Numbered from the stretch's first letter, positions 1 through 13,460 are shown. The stretch is 64,000 nt of DNA from Tubiluchus corallicola (GCA_030141605.1 JAQGDQ010000214.1:310001-374000); one strand, 5' to 3'. Translations and numbers: made by a program. The notes: generated by a model not told the origin, from the sequence alone.

Positions 1-1539
1 GCAGTGTAGCCTATACAAGTTGGATGTGTAGAACTATCCATTACTGTCCTTTGGGCAACCAAAAATCAATACATATCAGCCAAGTGTTTTAATGTTTGTT
101 AAAATGCAATCCTAGTTTCCCCTACAGTAATGTCCCTGATAGCTTTCATTTATACTGTATTTCGTACCTATGTTTAGCCCTATATGCTGTGCTTATAGAT
201 TTTCCTGTGTAGTGAAACTTAATCATCAGACGTTATTATGGAAAAATGACTACAGGTGGCGCCATATAAACGCTTGGTAGCGCATTGTTGTAAAGCTAGA
301 ATGATTATGATGCTCTGCGTCCATCACGTAGAACACTAGACTTTATACAAAACAGAGAAAGGTTCCAGAAGTAAAAAACGAGTAATTTTAACTCTATAGA
401 CTTTCTTCTTGTAAAATACAACATGGAAATATTTCAAAACTATAGATCAGTTAAAAAAACTTTTTAGCTACAATATTCTATTAATGCTTCTTTATCCGAA
501 TGTTGTTACTATGATAGTTGTGATGTATATATTATAATATACCAGTTGTTTGTGATATCGTGAAATAACCAGATTTTGCTGACTCGTATTGTTCTCTAAT
601 CGTTAAAAACACACTATGCTTCAAATATCATTTTCTTACAAGACAAAACGTGAATAGGACACAAGAAAAGCAAAAAACATCCCAAAATACTTATAAATGA
701 TAACATTTATGTATTTCCAGACTACGTCAGCCATGTACATTTTTTTACAGTGCAACTGCACAAAATTACACAAAAACTAATTACATTATGCGACAGTCAA
801 GTTGAAGTTTAACACAAATTGTTTGGAAAAAGTTGCACAAGATTTTTAAGGAACCAGAGACATATTATTAGCTTACCTCTAGTGATTAGCTTAACTAGTG
901 GCAACGCAGAAAAAATAAACATTAAGCCTAAGTTCTTGTGTATTTTTTAAATAAAAAGTTAAATACATAGGCTATACGATAATCTAGTTCAGTAGTGATT
1001 ATGAAAGATCTAGAAAATATTTTTGTTATATTTCATCCATGCTTCTCAGCCAAATCTTAATCTTATTAAAATAAAATATCGTAAGTCTTTAATTACCCAT
1101 TTAATCAAGATAAACATTGCGACTACTAGTTGCTATATTAAGGTTCATATGCTTGATAGTCAATGACTTTCAATCACAAAGTTTTGCAGGAATGGTAATA
1201 ATTACTACACTCAATATTACTAATCAGTACAGAGCTGAACCAGTTTCAAGATGTCTAAAGAAAAAAAACATTGACTTATGTGACATGCAAACAGCACTTG
1301 TAGAGTTTAAAAACCATATTTGTGCATGACGTATTTAGTACTGCTTCGGTCTTTCACATAAAGTCTGAAGTTGCAATAAACGCAAAGGAAATAAACAGCA
1401 GGATAACTTAGTTTGAAAAGAAGTTAGCAAAGCTAATCATGACTTTATCTGAAAACAATAAAATCTTAGAGGTACAAGTCTAATCACGCCACACCTATTT
1501 ACAAATAACTTTAAAAATTTGCTAAAGACAATCACAAGA

Positions 1540-4500
1540 TTAACCAAACTGGAACTGAAAATGCTGACCACCGCCCATGCCACCCAAATTAAACATCATA
1601 CCTCCTGGTCCTCCAAAAAATGTTTGGAATATTGTTTCGGGGTCAATATCTGAAAGAAAAGTAATGTTATACACAAACATCCAACCTGGAACAGTTAAAG
1701 ATGGTTTACATTTGATCACAGTTGGCAGCTCTGTATAGTACGTGTTCTTCCAATCTTCCACTACCACTACCACTATCACTACTACTACTACTACTACTAC
1801 TACTACCAGTGTATTTTATGGCTTGAAAGATTAAAGCACTTAAAACATCAATTCATAATGAAAAGTTAAAAAAAATATTATTAGCAATTTTTTAAAATCA
1901 GCCTAGATTTTGAATAAACTCAGTTACGCAAGTTATGAGAGCAGTTAAGTGTCTAAACTAGCACCACGACGAAAAAATTGGTGTCCTAAAACAATAGTTC
2001 AGATAATAAATGTGATAAGAAAAACAGTAAGCAGAAATAACAGAAACAAAACCCTGTCTGAAGATATTTTTGAAACGAAATGAGAAAAGAAAACTTAATC
2101 ATCAAGAGAATGTGAAACAAATTACCTCCAAATCCTCCTACATCATCTAAGTCCTGACCGCTGTCGTAACGTGCTTTTTTCTTTGGATCTGACAGTATTG
2201 CATATGCCTCTCCAACTTCTTTAAACTTTTTTTCATGATCTTTCTTCTCTTCTGGCGATGCGTTACTATGACGATCTTAAATTAAGAAAGCTGCATTTTT
2301 AGCAACAGCGTGACTACACAGGAAAGAAAGGAATACATACATGAATTTTCCGTTGCTGCTTATAGTATGGAATCTAGTAAGAAAATGAAAGCATAATGAT
2401 TGTTAAATTTCTTTCATTACTAAGCCTTTTACCTTTTTTGTTGTTTGCATGTGCAGTTGCTGTAAATCACAGGTTAAGTGTACCACAGCAACGCATCTTA
2501 GTTACAACCAACAGGTAACGTGCAAGTACAGCAAAGCCAAAGAAACGCCGGTAACATCAGTTGTTTTACATGGACATTACTGAATTATGCATTAGTCAGA
2601 GGGTAGAGTGATTTACTAGCAGGATGTGGCTTGGGAAAAAATTAACTAGGTAAAGTTCTAGTTAGCTGTTAAAGCATGTTAAAACTGTTCACATTATGAT
2701 ACCATGGACCGAGAGACGTTGTCATGTGTACACAAATGCATTGTCTGGTACACTTAACCGTTGACCCTTTCACGATCATTCGCAATCGCCAGAACCGTGA
2801 AAAGGCTTACTAAGCTTAAGCGTTGTCATAAAATAGATTTCAACAAATCACATTTCAATAACAATAACAGCCTACACTTTTCTTGCCTGAGGATGCATGC
2901 TATATTGCTGTCCCCATGCCAAATTTAAATGTCAAACATTTTATAATAAATAGGTAATAGTATAACAAGTTTTTAATAATACATGTCACAAATGTATTTC
3001 ATTCACAACAAAAAATTAAGATTTTAATTAGCAACTATGAATACGTAGCACACAGCTTACCAGGGTGGTGTACTAAAGCTAGCTTTTTATATGCTTTCTT
3101 TATGTCATCATCTGTCGCCGTTTTACTCAGATTTAGAATTTTGTAATAATCTTTTCGTTTACTCTTCTTCAATTCTAATTTGGCCTCTTTTAGTAGATTT
3201 TTATATTCTGGAAAGACACATGAAAGAAAAATTGCACAATTAGTCAACTCTTACTGCAAATAAAACAGCTTTCACAGGAAGCTATATAATTTGAAACAGA
3301 AAATTAGTTTAGTGAACAATGCTGCATTACTGGCTTCCATACTTTCATACACAAAAAAACTGCCTGGCCACCATTTATTTCTGAATAATATATTGTACTT
3401 CATAAGCAAAATATGATTTGCTTTGAAAACAAAGTTATAAAGAGTAAACACCATTAAAAAAAATCTGCTTTTAATGCAAAAAATAAAGCATTTGAAATAA
3501 CTGACCTCGATTCGATGAATTATTTTTAGTGAGAAATTCGTAATCACGAACTGCTTCTTCATACTGTTCTGTGTCCATATAGCTGCAACACAGTTTAAAG
3601 ATTTAGGTACAAAACTCACACTACATGGAATTATTATAAAGTGTAGTAGTAGATTTGACCTGCATATCATCAACAAGTGGTCAAACTCCTTAATGGCAGT
3701 CTTACAATACAAATAAATATTTAGGAAATGTGGCTGACCTGTAATCAGATTAGTGTTTGGGATGTCACGAATCTCAAATTACCACACCTGAATGAACACT
3801 GAATTTCTTTTTTATAATAGTTTTCAAAAATGATGCAAATCCAAATCTCAGTTTAAAATCATTTTCGGAACAGAATCAAAATCCAATTTTTGGCATTTCT
3901 TTAAACTGAATCTTATTTTTTTCGGTTAGATAAAGTTGCGTAAAACTTCAGCAGGTGGAATGGCGTCAAAACTTCAAATCAGATTTGGTTTTGCAGCTCT
4001 GGTTATGGCAGAGCTTCATCACATTCTAAATGCAAAATGATTTGAAGAATCAATCTATCGTTAAACCCTTAAACAGCTGCTCAATAGAAAAATGAAGCCG
4101 AATTGTACAATGTAAGCAATAAGCCTTTTCACAGTTCCAGTGATTGATGATGATGATCGTGAAAAGGTCAAAAGTTAAATGTACCAGACAACGCATTTGT
4201 GTACACATGACAATGCCTCGCAGCCCATGCTGCTGTAATAGTAAGTTTAACAGCAAGCAAGAACCTTACCTAGTTCATTTTTAAATCACACTATGCACAG
4301 ACTAATGCATAATTAAGTAAAGCCCATGTAAAACAACTGAAGTTACTGAACTGACGTGGCAAACAGCTTTGCTTTACCCACATATTATGAGATGCTTGTA
4401 GTTAAGACACGTTGCTATGGTACATTTAACCCTTCCCTACAGCAACTGTGTGTCTGCACTGCAAACTGTGAGAAGACTTATTAGGTATAACCACAAGAAT

Positions 4501-7500
4501 TTGAAGCCTGCTTCCCTGTTGTTCACTAAGACTACTGGATCTGCAGGCAATTCTTTCATGGACTCAGTAACATTTTTGTACATGATGCAGAATTCCCTTG
4601 ACAGGTTAAATTTGTAGTATGTTGCTACACTAAGTGGCAAATTGATTCTTTAAATTTACATGATTTCTTTGTTGTGTTAATTTACGCTTACCACTTAGCT
4701 CTTCGTAGATATGCCTTTTCGTATGTTTCATCTAATGAGATTGCTTTCGTACAGTCAGAAATGGCTTCATCAAACTTTTTTAACTAAAATAATAGAAAAG
4801 TATTTATAATTTGCTCACAAGGAAGATCTAGTTTAGTGCTTCCATGAGTAAATTTCCATAAATAACTATGTTCCATCTTCAGAGAGGGAAAGGGAAGAAA
4901 GTCATGTTGTCCATACGAAATTGTCCCAAATTGCTTTGAAAACTAGTGACAAAAAATTCAACTCACTCTTTATTTTTAAACTTAAAAATGTTTTAAAATG
5001 ATGAGAAAACACGAAAAATTGCTTTGTATGTGTAATTCACAGAAATGACTCAAAAATTGTGTAGAACGCAGATGCATACTTCTCATCAGAAATAATAATT
5101 ATCAAGCAATTTATTGCAATGGTGAAAAACTTGCCTTGGTATAAACAGCTGCTCGATTACAGTGTAACTTGGCATTAGTAAATTTATTGTTAGGATCTAT
5201 ACTTAGTGCTTCTGTGTACATTTGCAAAGCGTCATCTAGCTTGTGAGATTTAAAACTTTGGTTGCCTTGTTCTTTCTTTTGTATCAACTGCTTGGCTTTC
5301 TGTAAAAATGATAACAGAAAGGACATATTAGGAATATTTCTCCATATTTAACATTTTATTTCTTGTTGAAAAATGGCAGTAGTTAGTTGATGAATTAAAT
5401 AAACAAAACTATTTGGCTGAATATTTCGAGTGAAATGACAAAACACTGCAACTAAAAAAAAACTGCACAAATTCACAACAACAGTTTTGGTAAGAAGGAA
5501 TAAAAAATTTCCTGGTATAGTGATGCTGATGTGCTGGTGAAAACTCTAGGAGCTGTAAGTTATAACCTTTTTTTGTAATACAGCAAAAAACAAATAAACA
5601 ACAGTCACAGCGACTGCAGGCAATCAACTATGGATATAAAATGCTAAAACACTACAGTCATTATATGCAACACATTTAAATTTCAACTTCAGGTAAGTTC
5701 TACTGCCACTATAATTTTTACACATCGCTGTACAAACCTTGAAAACAACTTTGGCCTTTTGGTGATCTGGCGCAAGCCTTAATACTTGTTGAAAATGCTG
5801 GAATGCCTTGTCTATGTGGTCCTCATAATACAGACACAAACCACGCACATAAATTGCATCAGCATTCATCGAATCCAACCTTATCACAGAGCTAAAATCA
5901 AATTAAATAAGACATCTTGAACCATTTTACCGATCAGATATGAAAAACTTCAAAGTCAGAGGGATAATGAAACTTCGTTAACATGGCATAATGTTGGTTC
6001 CAGGCTAATCAGAGAATGTAGAACAAAGACCAGGATTCCTACAGAATCTTTAAATAAATTTCCCTGAAGTTGCCATAACTTTTCCCTGACCAATATTGAC
6101 TTTCCATGACCAACATAAGCAGAAATTGCAATACCAGTGTACATATTTAAACATTTTCGTGTATGGACATTCATACATATACTGATATGTAAATGTGTCG
6201 GCACAGTTGCAGTAGTGCTTCCATGAGTAAATGTTCCACAAACAACTATGTTCCATTTGAAAAGGGAAGTCATGTCGTCCATACAAAATTGTCCCAAACT
6301 GCTTTGAAAACTAGTGACAATTATACTAATCACATTAAATAAACTTTCTTAATGCAAACATTATCACAAATTGATGAAAAATATGTTTGGAAAAATATCG
6401 GTTCATGTTGATTCTTTTCTCAACCCTTTCCTATTTCCCTGACTTTTCCATGATTTTCCAGGATAGCCTGTATTTTCGAGGATTTTCCCTGACTGTGGGA
6501 ACCCTGAAAGACAAACTTACTTTGCAGCTTCTTGGGCTTCTTCCAATCGGCCGAGAAGGGCTAGAACTTCGGCTCGTAGAACTTTGAATCTCTTGCAAGC
6601 TGACGCATGTTGTAAAGCTCTGTCCATACAAAATAAAACCTGAAAACGACATATAAAGTTAGGGTTGATATAGCATTCGTCTTTCATGTTTGATATATAT
6701 ATAATATTAGTTGCAAAAGTGAGCATCAAGCATTAAAAAGCATTTACTTTAAACGAAAATCAAAAGCATGATCAGCAAGCCTGCAGTCACAGAGCATTTT
6801 AAGGCAATGATACAGTTCTAATTCAGATGGGTAAAATGAAACAGTTTGATGTGTGTACATTTATAAACAGTGAACAACAGCGCAGCTTCGCTTGTAGATT
6901 AACTCAAAAAATAGCAAAAGTATAAAAATTAACGGATCATGTGTAAATATAAATAAAAATTTCAGAACCTTCTATAGCTGGCAGATGCATAAGTTGTTGA
7001 TTATGTAAATAAACATAACATTTTTTCATTTCAATGGTTTACCTATAACTGACACGACCTCCTCAGTGTCAAAACAAAAATTTGGTAATGGACAGGCTTA
7101 TTCAACTTGCTAATTAAAGTGAATAATATTATTAAAATTATCAATCATTCATTCATGTCTACCATCAAAAAACGATCAAAACATAGCTGTTCTTTATTCT
7201 CATAAATGAATTTTATAGAAATTTGAAACTGTCTTACCTCATGAGCTCAAAAGGGAAAGTAGGAAGGGAGGAAAAAAAATTTTCAGCTTGTGAATATTTA
7301 AAGCTGGATCGTGGAATATTCAAAATCAGTTGAAATCAAAGCTTGTTTATTTCTCACTGGTTGGCAGTGATGTTTTAAATTTTTTTCAATGCACATTTTT
7401 CACACTTTTTTTAGTTTCACATTACTAAATTATCATATAATTATCGATTATTGTGTACTCTCGTTTTTGTATCACGAATATAAGTTCTGATAATCAGGGT

Positions 7501-10500
7501 ATAAGCGGCAACACTAGTTGGCTGCTAATATACCGATTTGGGGGAAAATTCGATACTTTTTAGCCTCCAATACAATGAGCATCGTGCAAAACAGCAACCC
7601 TGGCCGAGCATTAGGCGTGGAAAAACACGGCCACGTCCTGCATTCCCCAAAAGCGATATGTAATAATAATTACTGCATTTTATGTTTTAAATTAAAAAAT
7701 ACGTTTTCATATAACTGCATCAAGTAGGTATATGAACATACAAAGAATTTGTAAAATTCCTGGCCGGGTATGCAACAGAAAAAATATTACGAGGGTGATT
7801 AGATGGAAACAAAAGTATTTTTATTGTTGGCCTTGGTCAATACAATCAGCGTACGCTGTACAAATTCACTATGCTTAAGCGTACATAAAAGAAAATGACA
7901 CTAGCAGAAACCTGCCAACATAGTCACGTACCCTTCTGTAGTCTGCTTTCTCGTAGTCTTTGTCGGCTTCTTCAGAAAATCGCTGCACTGTATGAGCTGC
8001 CTGCAACTAAAACAAACACACGATAATTAAGAAAGTATCACACTTAAAAAATTTCAACAAAATAGAGTCTTGGTGACACAGAGACGTACAAGAGAAAGAT
8101 TTTTCGTATAAAATAACATTTTCATAAAGTATTAGTACAAATTCTGTTTCTCTGATCAATATTAAATGAGAAAATCTTTTAAATGTTGTCCCATCTTGAT
8201 ATGTTTTTTGTAGAGATTGTCATTCAGCAAATTTTTTGCATTCTAAAAACATTGTAGTAGTAAATAACTTGATAACATATAACTATATATATAAAAAAAT
8301 TATCAAATTTATACAGGCGATAACTATATACATAGATGATAATTATGTTCAATTATATAACCGACAACTTTACATCATTATTTAATCTGCCATGTTAACC
8401 AGCACCCAAATTAACTTCATTGCCAAATGAAGGGTAAATAACTCGATGACTTTTTAATAGATTCGCTTCCATATCTCGTTGACTTTATATTTACTGAATG
8501 AACACATTTACTATTCTGCTTATGTTTATATATTTTTACAAATGAACTCGTTTGAGAAATGTCACAGTGAAAAATAAACTTGATTTGAATTTTGAATTTG
8601 AGTAACACATTAATATACACAAGTCTGCAGCTCTATCATTTAAAAGAGTTTATTAACTGATAACAGTTCAAACGTGTAATAAAGATTATATTTCCTATGT
8701 TTTTGAACAACACAAAATTTTTGTTCAGTGCAAACGTATGTTTAATATGCATATAATATTATGCTTAACTTTAGAAGAGAAACAAGAAGATTTCCTACCT
8801 CCGCAGCTATTTGTGAATTATTTGGTTGAATTTCCTTTGCTTTATTTAATGCGAGTGTAGCATGAAAGAAATCGCCCTGAGCAAGATAGCCTTTTGCTTC
8901 TCGAATATATCCCTAAAGTAATAGACAAACAAAGAATAAGAAATTCCTGTAGTCTAACTATTGTCTTCAACAAAAAATCCTGTCCAATAAACACAAAAAC
9001 AAATAAACTAGTAAAAAACACGCGAATTTTCAATTTTGAACATGGAATGCAGTGTCAGCTCACGCTTGCTGTCGGAAAGTAACTTGCAGCAAGTTTTGCT
9101 CTCTAGTCAGAACACGCTTATGAGTTGCTTGGAGAGTTTGCTAGGCATTAATTATCAGCTACTACTTTTAATACAAAATATTAGAAAAATAGCCGAATGA
9201 CACAGTGATGGTCGTAGCAGAATAGGAACACTTCCTGCAAAAGTGAGTAAAGCCAACCCTGGAATCTAATGGTTCACCACCTCATCCCAAAAATAAGGAG
9301 CAGGTTTGAAATCCCGGTACAATAACCACTTATGAGCTGGTCTACAAACATTGACGAGACCTTCAAGAGCCAAGTATCAACTCTCCGAAGCTGAACCAGC
9401 AAAGGCATCTTATCCATACTTAAATCTGCATATACATTCTCTCTCGATAAGACAAACATCTAATAATGTGGCAGGTGTGATCATACTCAGTGTTTCTTAT
9501 TTCTGTCGCTTAGTAGGCACTGTGAACATGCCACGTTTCTCAAATCTAAAAGATTTCTAAAACCAAATTACTAAAGTTATATTAGTAAATGTACAGGAAT
9601 CACGTTGTGCTACGAAGATGTGGCAGACTAGTATTCATATATGAACACTTTATCGGCATAAATAACAAAAGAATTTTGCTATGACTTTAATTTTATAAAT
9701 TCATTTGATGAACTGATATAAAACCACTTAGACTGACCTTGACGAATGTCGGATCAAGTGTGACAGACTTTCTTGCATCATCTACAGCTTCCTGGTAGCG
9801 GTAGAGCATTAACAGGGCTGCAGCTCTGTTTCCGTAGTAACTGGCTATATTACCATTATAACCTGAATAAAATGTGCCGATAAAAATCTTTCTACTAAAT
9901 ATAAAGATTTTATTCATACTCAAAGTTTAAAGCAATAAACATGAGCCACTGATGGCCATGTGTAAAACAATAAGTCACATAAAGTTAAATTAAATAACTT
10001 GAATAATTTGCTATAGATCTATTGAAAACATTCAGTGTAATTAAATTATGAAGAAGTCACAAAAAAATTGCATAATACGGTTAACTATAAAGGTTTTTTC
10101 TACACGGTACTGAGCAAATTTTGAGAAAATTGAGAGGTTAGATCCGGGAAAGTGCCCTGTCGCAAATCCTGTATAACCTTATAACATCCATTATTGAAAG
10201 GGCTATCCAGCCATCAAATTATTTAGTTTTTTTGAACTGGGACTACCTAAATTTACATTTTTACCAATTACTCTACATTCAATTTCACTGCAAAATCACA
10301 TTCTGAAAATTTTGATATAAAAAAGTGCAACAAAGCATTGCTTACTGTACAACTTTACCAACATACAGATATATTTGACTGTAAAACAAAATATCAGCCC
10401 TGAAGTATAATAACCAGAATTACAAAACTAAAGTCACTGCAAGTGTAATTTAAGAAAAAAGTTATAGGCTAGTTTGCCTAGCAAATCTTAGAACTTACAA

Positions 10501-11566
10501 ACCCACATAAAAAGTCACAATGACTTAACATTAGGCCAATATTTTTTAAGCTTTTATTAAATTCCACTCATGAAACCATGAAGGAAGTGCCAATATTGGT
10601 TTGCATTGGAATATTTTTTGCAATGTTAATGTTAAATACTGGCAATACCTATGGCTTCGGTATATAAAGACAATGCTTCACTGTAATTTCCCTTTGAATA
10701 TTCATTGTTTCCCTCTAGTTTCTTTTCTTCTGCCATTGAAATCAACCTAAAAACGGAAAGAATACAAGAAATTTTCAAAAAAGCCTTTCCACAGTTTTGT
10801 TGTGCGCAGTTGCTGCAGATCAAAGGTTAAGTGCACCAAAGCAACACGTCTTAACTACAACCATCATGTGACATGCGGGTAAAGCAAAACCGTCTGCCGC
10901 TGCAGTTCAGTAACTCCAGTTGTTTTATGTAGACTTTACTTAATTATGCATTATGTGTAGAGTGGTTTACTAGCAGGATCTTCCTTTGGGACAAGAAAAA
11001 ATTAACAAGATAAGGCTCTAGCAAGCTGCTAAACATGTTAAACTGTTACTACTACAGTAGCTTGGGCTGTGGACGTTGCTAAGTGTACACAAATACGTTG
11101 TCTGGTACACTTAACCTTTGACCTTTTCTGATAGGCTAACCAATGCTTTGTTGAAAACACATTTCATAAAGATATTTTAATTATGACAAATTCCTATCCT
11201 GAAAAATTTTAATTGAAATACAATGATTTCAATTACAGAGCAGTTGCTAAGTGTACACAAATACGTTGTCTGGTACACTTAACCTTTGACCTTTTCTGAT
11301 AGGCTAACCAATGCTTTGTTGAAAACACATTTCATAAAGATATTTTAATTATGACAAATTCCTATCCTGAAAAATTTTAATTCAAATGCAATGATTTCAA
11401 TTACAGAGCAGTATGGCTCAAGCAACACAACTCACAATATCGTATTTAACACTTACTCTTCATGAGGAACATCAATGTCAATTTCCATTTTCTCACTGTC
11501 ATTCACAGACATCTTCTCTGTGGCATCAGATGATGAAGTAGACTGCTCACACTGTACACCGTCCAT
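1540..11566 (-). CDS. DNAJC7: DnaJ homolog subfamily C member 7 (TPR repeats plus C-terminal J domain), 13 coding exons, about 511 aa
   Basis: Minus-strand exons: 11457-11566, 10649-10746, 9738-9862, 8799-8912, 7932-8006, 6521-6639, 5738-5891, 5135-5299, 4692-4783, 3506-3582, 3061-3207, 2126-2275, 1540-1649. They total 1536 nt and all phases are compatible. TPR motifs ([65 protein letters not shown]), J domain (KRKDYYKIL...[14 protein letters not shown]...[24 protein letters not shown]) and the C-terminus [14 protein letters not shown]...FQFQFG are typical of DNAJC7. Confidence 0.95.
1760..1807. repeat. (CTA/CCA)n microsatellite
   Basis: actaccactaccactatcactactactacta... run inside the last DNAJC7 intron. 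Confidence 0.85.
2420..2810. mobile_element. MITE family A, copy 1 (TA-flanked, outer and inner inverted repeats)
   Basis: Outer IR TA|AGCCTTTT...AAAAGGCT|TA and inner IR GGTTAAGTGTACCA...TGGTACACTTAACC. Homologous to 4120-4482 (inverted) and 10780-11130. Confidence 0.7.
4120..4482. mobile_element. MITE family A, copy 2 (opposite orientation)
   Basis: TAAGCCTTTTCACAG...GTTAAATGTACCAGACAACGCATTTGTGTACACATGACAA...GGTACATTTAACC...CTGTGAGAAGACTTA; reverse-complement match to the copy at 2420-2810. Confidence 0.7.
6031..6506. mobile_element. hAT-like MITE with CAGG termini and an apparent 6-bp TSD
   Basis: TIRs CAGGATTCCTACAG and CTGTGGGAACCCTG; subterminal TTTCCCTGAC/TTTCCATGA repeats at both ends; AAAGAC on both flanks (6025-6030 and 6507-6512). 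Confidence 0.7.
10780..11130. mobile_element. MITE family A, copy 3 (right outer end lost)
   Basis: AAGCCTTTCCACAG...CAAAGGTTAAGTGCACCA...TGGTACACTTAACCTTTGACC; colinear with 2420-2770. Confidence 0.7.
11075..11410. repeat. Tandem direct duplication, 2 x 168 bp
   Basis: 11075-11242 and 11243-11410 are near identical (GTTGCTAAGTGTACAC...TTACAGAGCA); only two differences seen (gaaatac vs caaatgc). Confidence 0.95.
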
Positions 11567-13079
11567 TTCTAAAATTCTACAAAAAACACAAACAGAAGTC
11601 AAACACGTCACATTATAATTAAAAGTAAAAAATACCAGCAATGCACTTACCTAAATAACTTCTGTGCACTACAAGATCAATACAGAGAGTAAATAGAGCA
11701 TGATAGTTCTAAACTTATCTGTTGATGCCATATAAAATAATCAGAGTTTTAACAAATTAAAATTTTGAAAAGAAATGCAAAGAGAAAACAGGATGATTTT
11801 TTTATATCCTACCACACTTTGAAATACAGTAAAAAGCGCTTATATAATAACAATTCCAAAGTGTTTCTGATAAATAATAAATAATAGATTAAAAACTTTA
11901 TTAATTTCCAGTATGTAGATCATAACGACGTCCAAAGTGAACACGTTTTTCAACAGCTATTTCTCGATGATGGTTTATTTTTTGAACCAGAGCTACCGGG
12001 AGGAATGAGTAGCGATTTTTTGACCATTTTTTGCAAGACTTGCTTCACAGTTTTAGATGCATGCCAGTGCTGTGCCAGTTAACAGCTGGATAGCCTGTTC
12101 AATGGTGGATGTTACAGGGGTATATAGATTTTGCAGCAGGCATTTTCCCAGACCTGACCTCACAATTTTTTTACAAAATTTTGATGGAACATCTTGTAGA
12201 ACCTTCCTTTTAGCAGGAGCTGGTGGGGGTCCTGGAATGAGATTTACAATTTCTTGGAAAGAGAAGCGACGGGGCAACACGATGATGTGGGTCACTTTCC
12301 AGGATGCCTCCTCCAGTAGGAATGGTTAAAGTTAATTCGAGGTTCCATTTCGAAAGGCCTGTACTGTTCTGATGTCAACCCACTGTAGTCTTCCTATAAC
12401 TTTGCTCAATTAAAAGCAGTTTTGTGTTTAGACTGTGTTAGACTGTTAGATAATTAAAGATCTTTGTTCTTTTACAGATAGCACTGAACGTTTAAATGAG
12501 CAGACACCATTACATTGCTACATTTTGTCAGCGTTAGAGTCACATCAATGTGAACTTTTTATTTTAGGTTTTGTGAAAACACTTTCCATTGTGATAAAAA
12601 GTTCCTACTGTATTGATTGAAGCATCTGCGTGAACATTTTGTCGATAGACATTTATGTGGATGTGGAAATGCCATAATATCTAGCACACTATCAAAATGT
12701 AAGGATAGTTAACGAACACTATGTAGGATGTTGGCACATTCTTAATTATGTAAGCACATTTATCAGCAACATCATTGTGAACCCTTGAGTAGTAAAACTA
12801 TTAATAATACTTAATACTAATAGTGAGTAATAATAGTACCTACAAAATGGGGCATACCCTAAATAAACGGGCATGATGAACGTAACATGGACCCGATGGA
12901 TGTAAGTTGTATGACTATTCACTAATTTAATGTAGTAAAACTATTAATAATATTTAATAATAATAATAATACTAAGAGCAACTGATAACAGTATCTACAA
13001 AATGGGCAAATCCGACGTTGTTAAAATAAAAATCATGTGACAAAAATTAATCAAATTGATTTACAGGTAATATATATAA

Positions 13080-13460
13080 ACTAACGTCCACAGCTAAACG
13101 TTAAACCCACCACATCAAAAATTATGCAAAGTCCATTAATTTACTTTAAATTATTTTGTGAATGGACGCTCGAAATACACATACCAATAGGACGTTCACT
13201 GCGTTTAAATACACATAGTAAATACATGTAAATCACGTCCATCAAAATAGTCTTCAATTTAGTGAACGGATGCTCGAAGTTACGTCTAAGATTACGTAGG
13301 TAAATCAGTTTAGCAGACGGGCCTTCATCTTACGACCATTGCGTCCAACAAAATAGTAAACGGACGTCCATCGCGTCCATCAGAATGTGTCCATTAGATC
13401 AGTGAATGGACGCTAAAAATTACGTCCATCGCGTCAAAAATTACGCTCAAATTAGGGACA
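13080..13460. repeat. Degenerate array of CGTCCA/TGGACG inverted motifs, probably a transposon subterminal region
   Basis: Recurrent GTGAATGGACGCT, CGTCCATC and CGTCCAACAAAATAGT units in both orientations. Confidence 0.45.

Noticed and set aside
3272-3712. 146-aa minus-strand ORF as a separate gene
   Set aside because: Low-complexity intronic reading frame overlapping the real DNAJC7 exon 3506-3582 in another frame.
4835-4952. snoRNA or SECIS call for the duplicated intronic segment
   Set aside because: No convincing C/D or H/ACA boxes, and an intronic position is incompatible with SECIS; kept only as an unexplained duplication.
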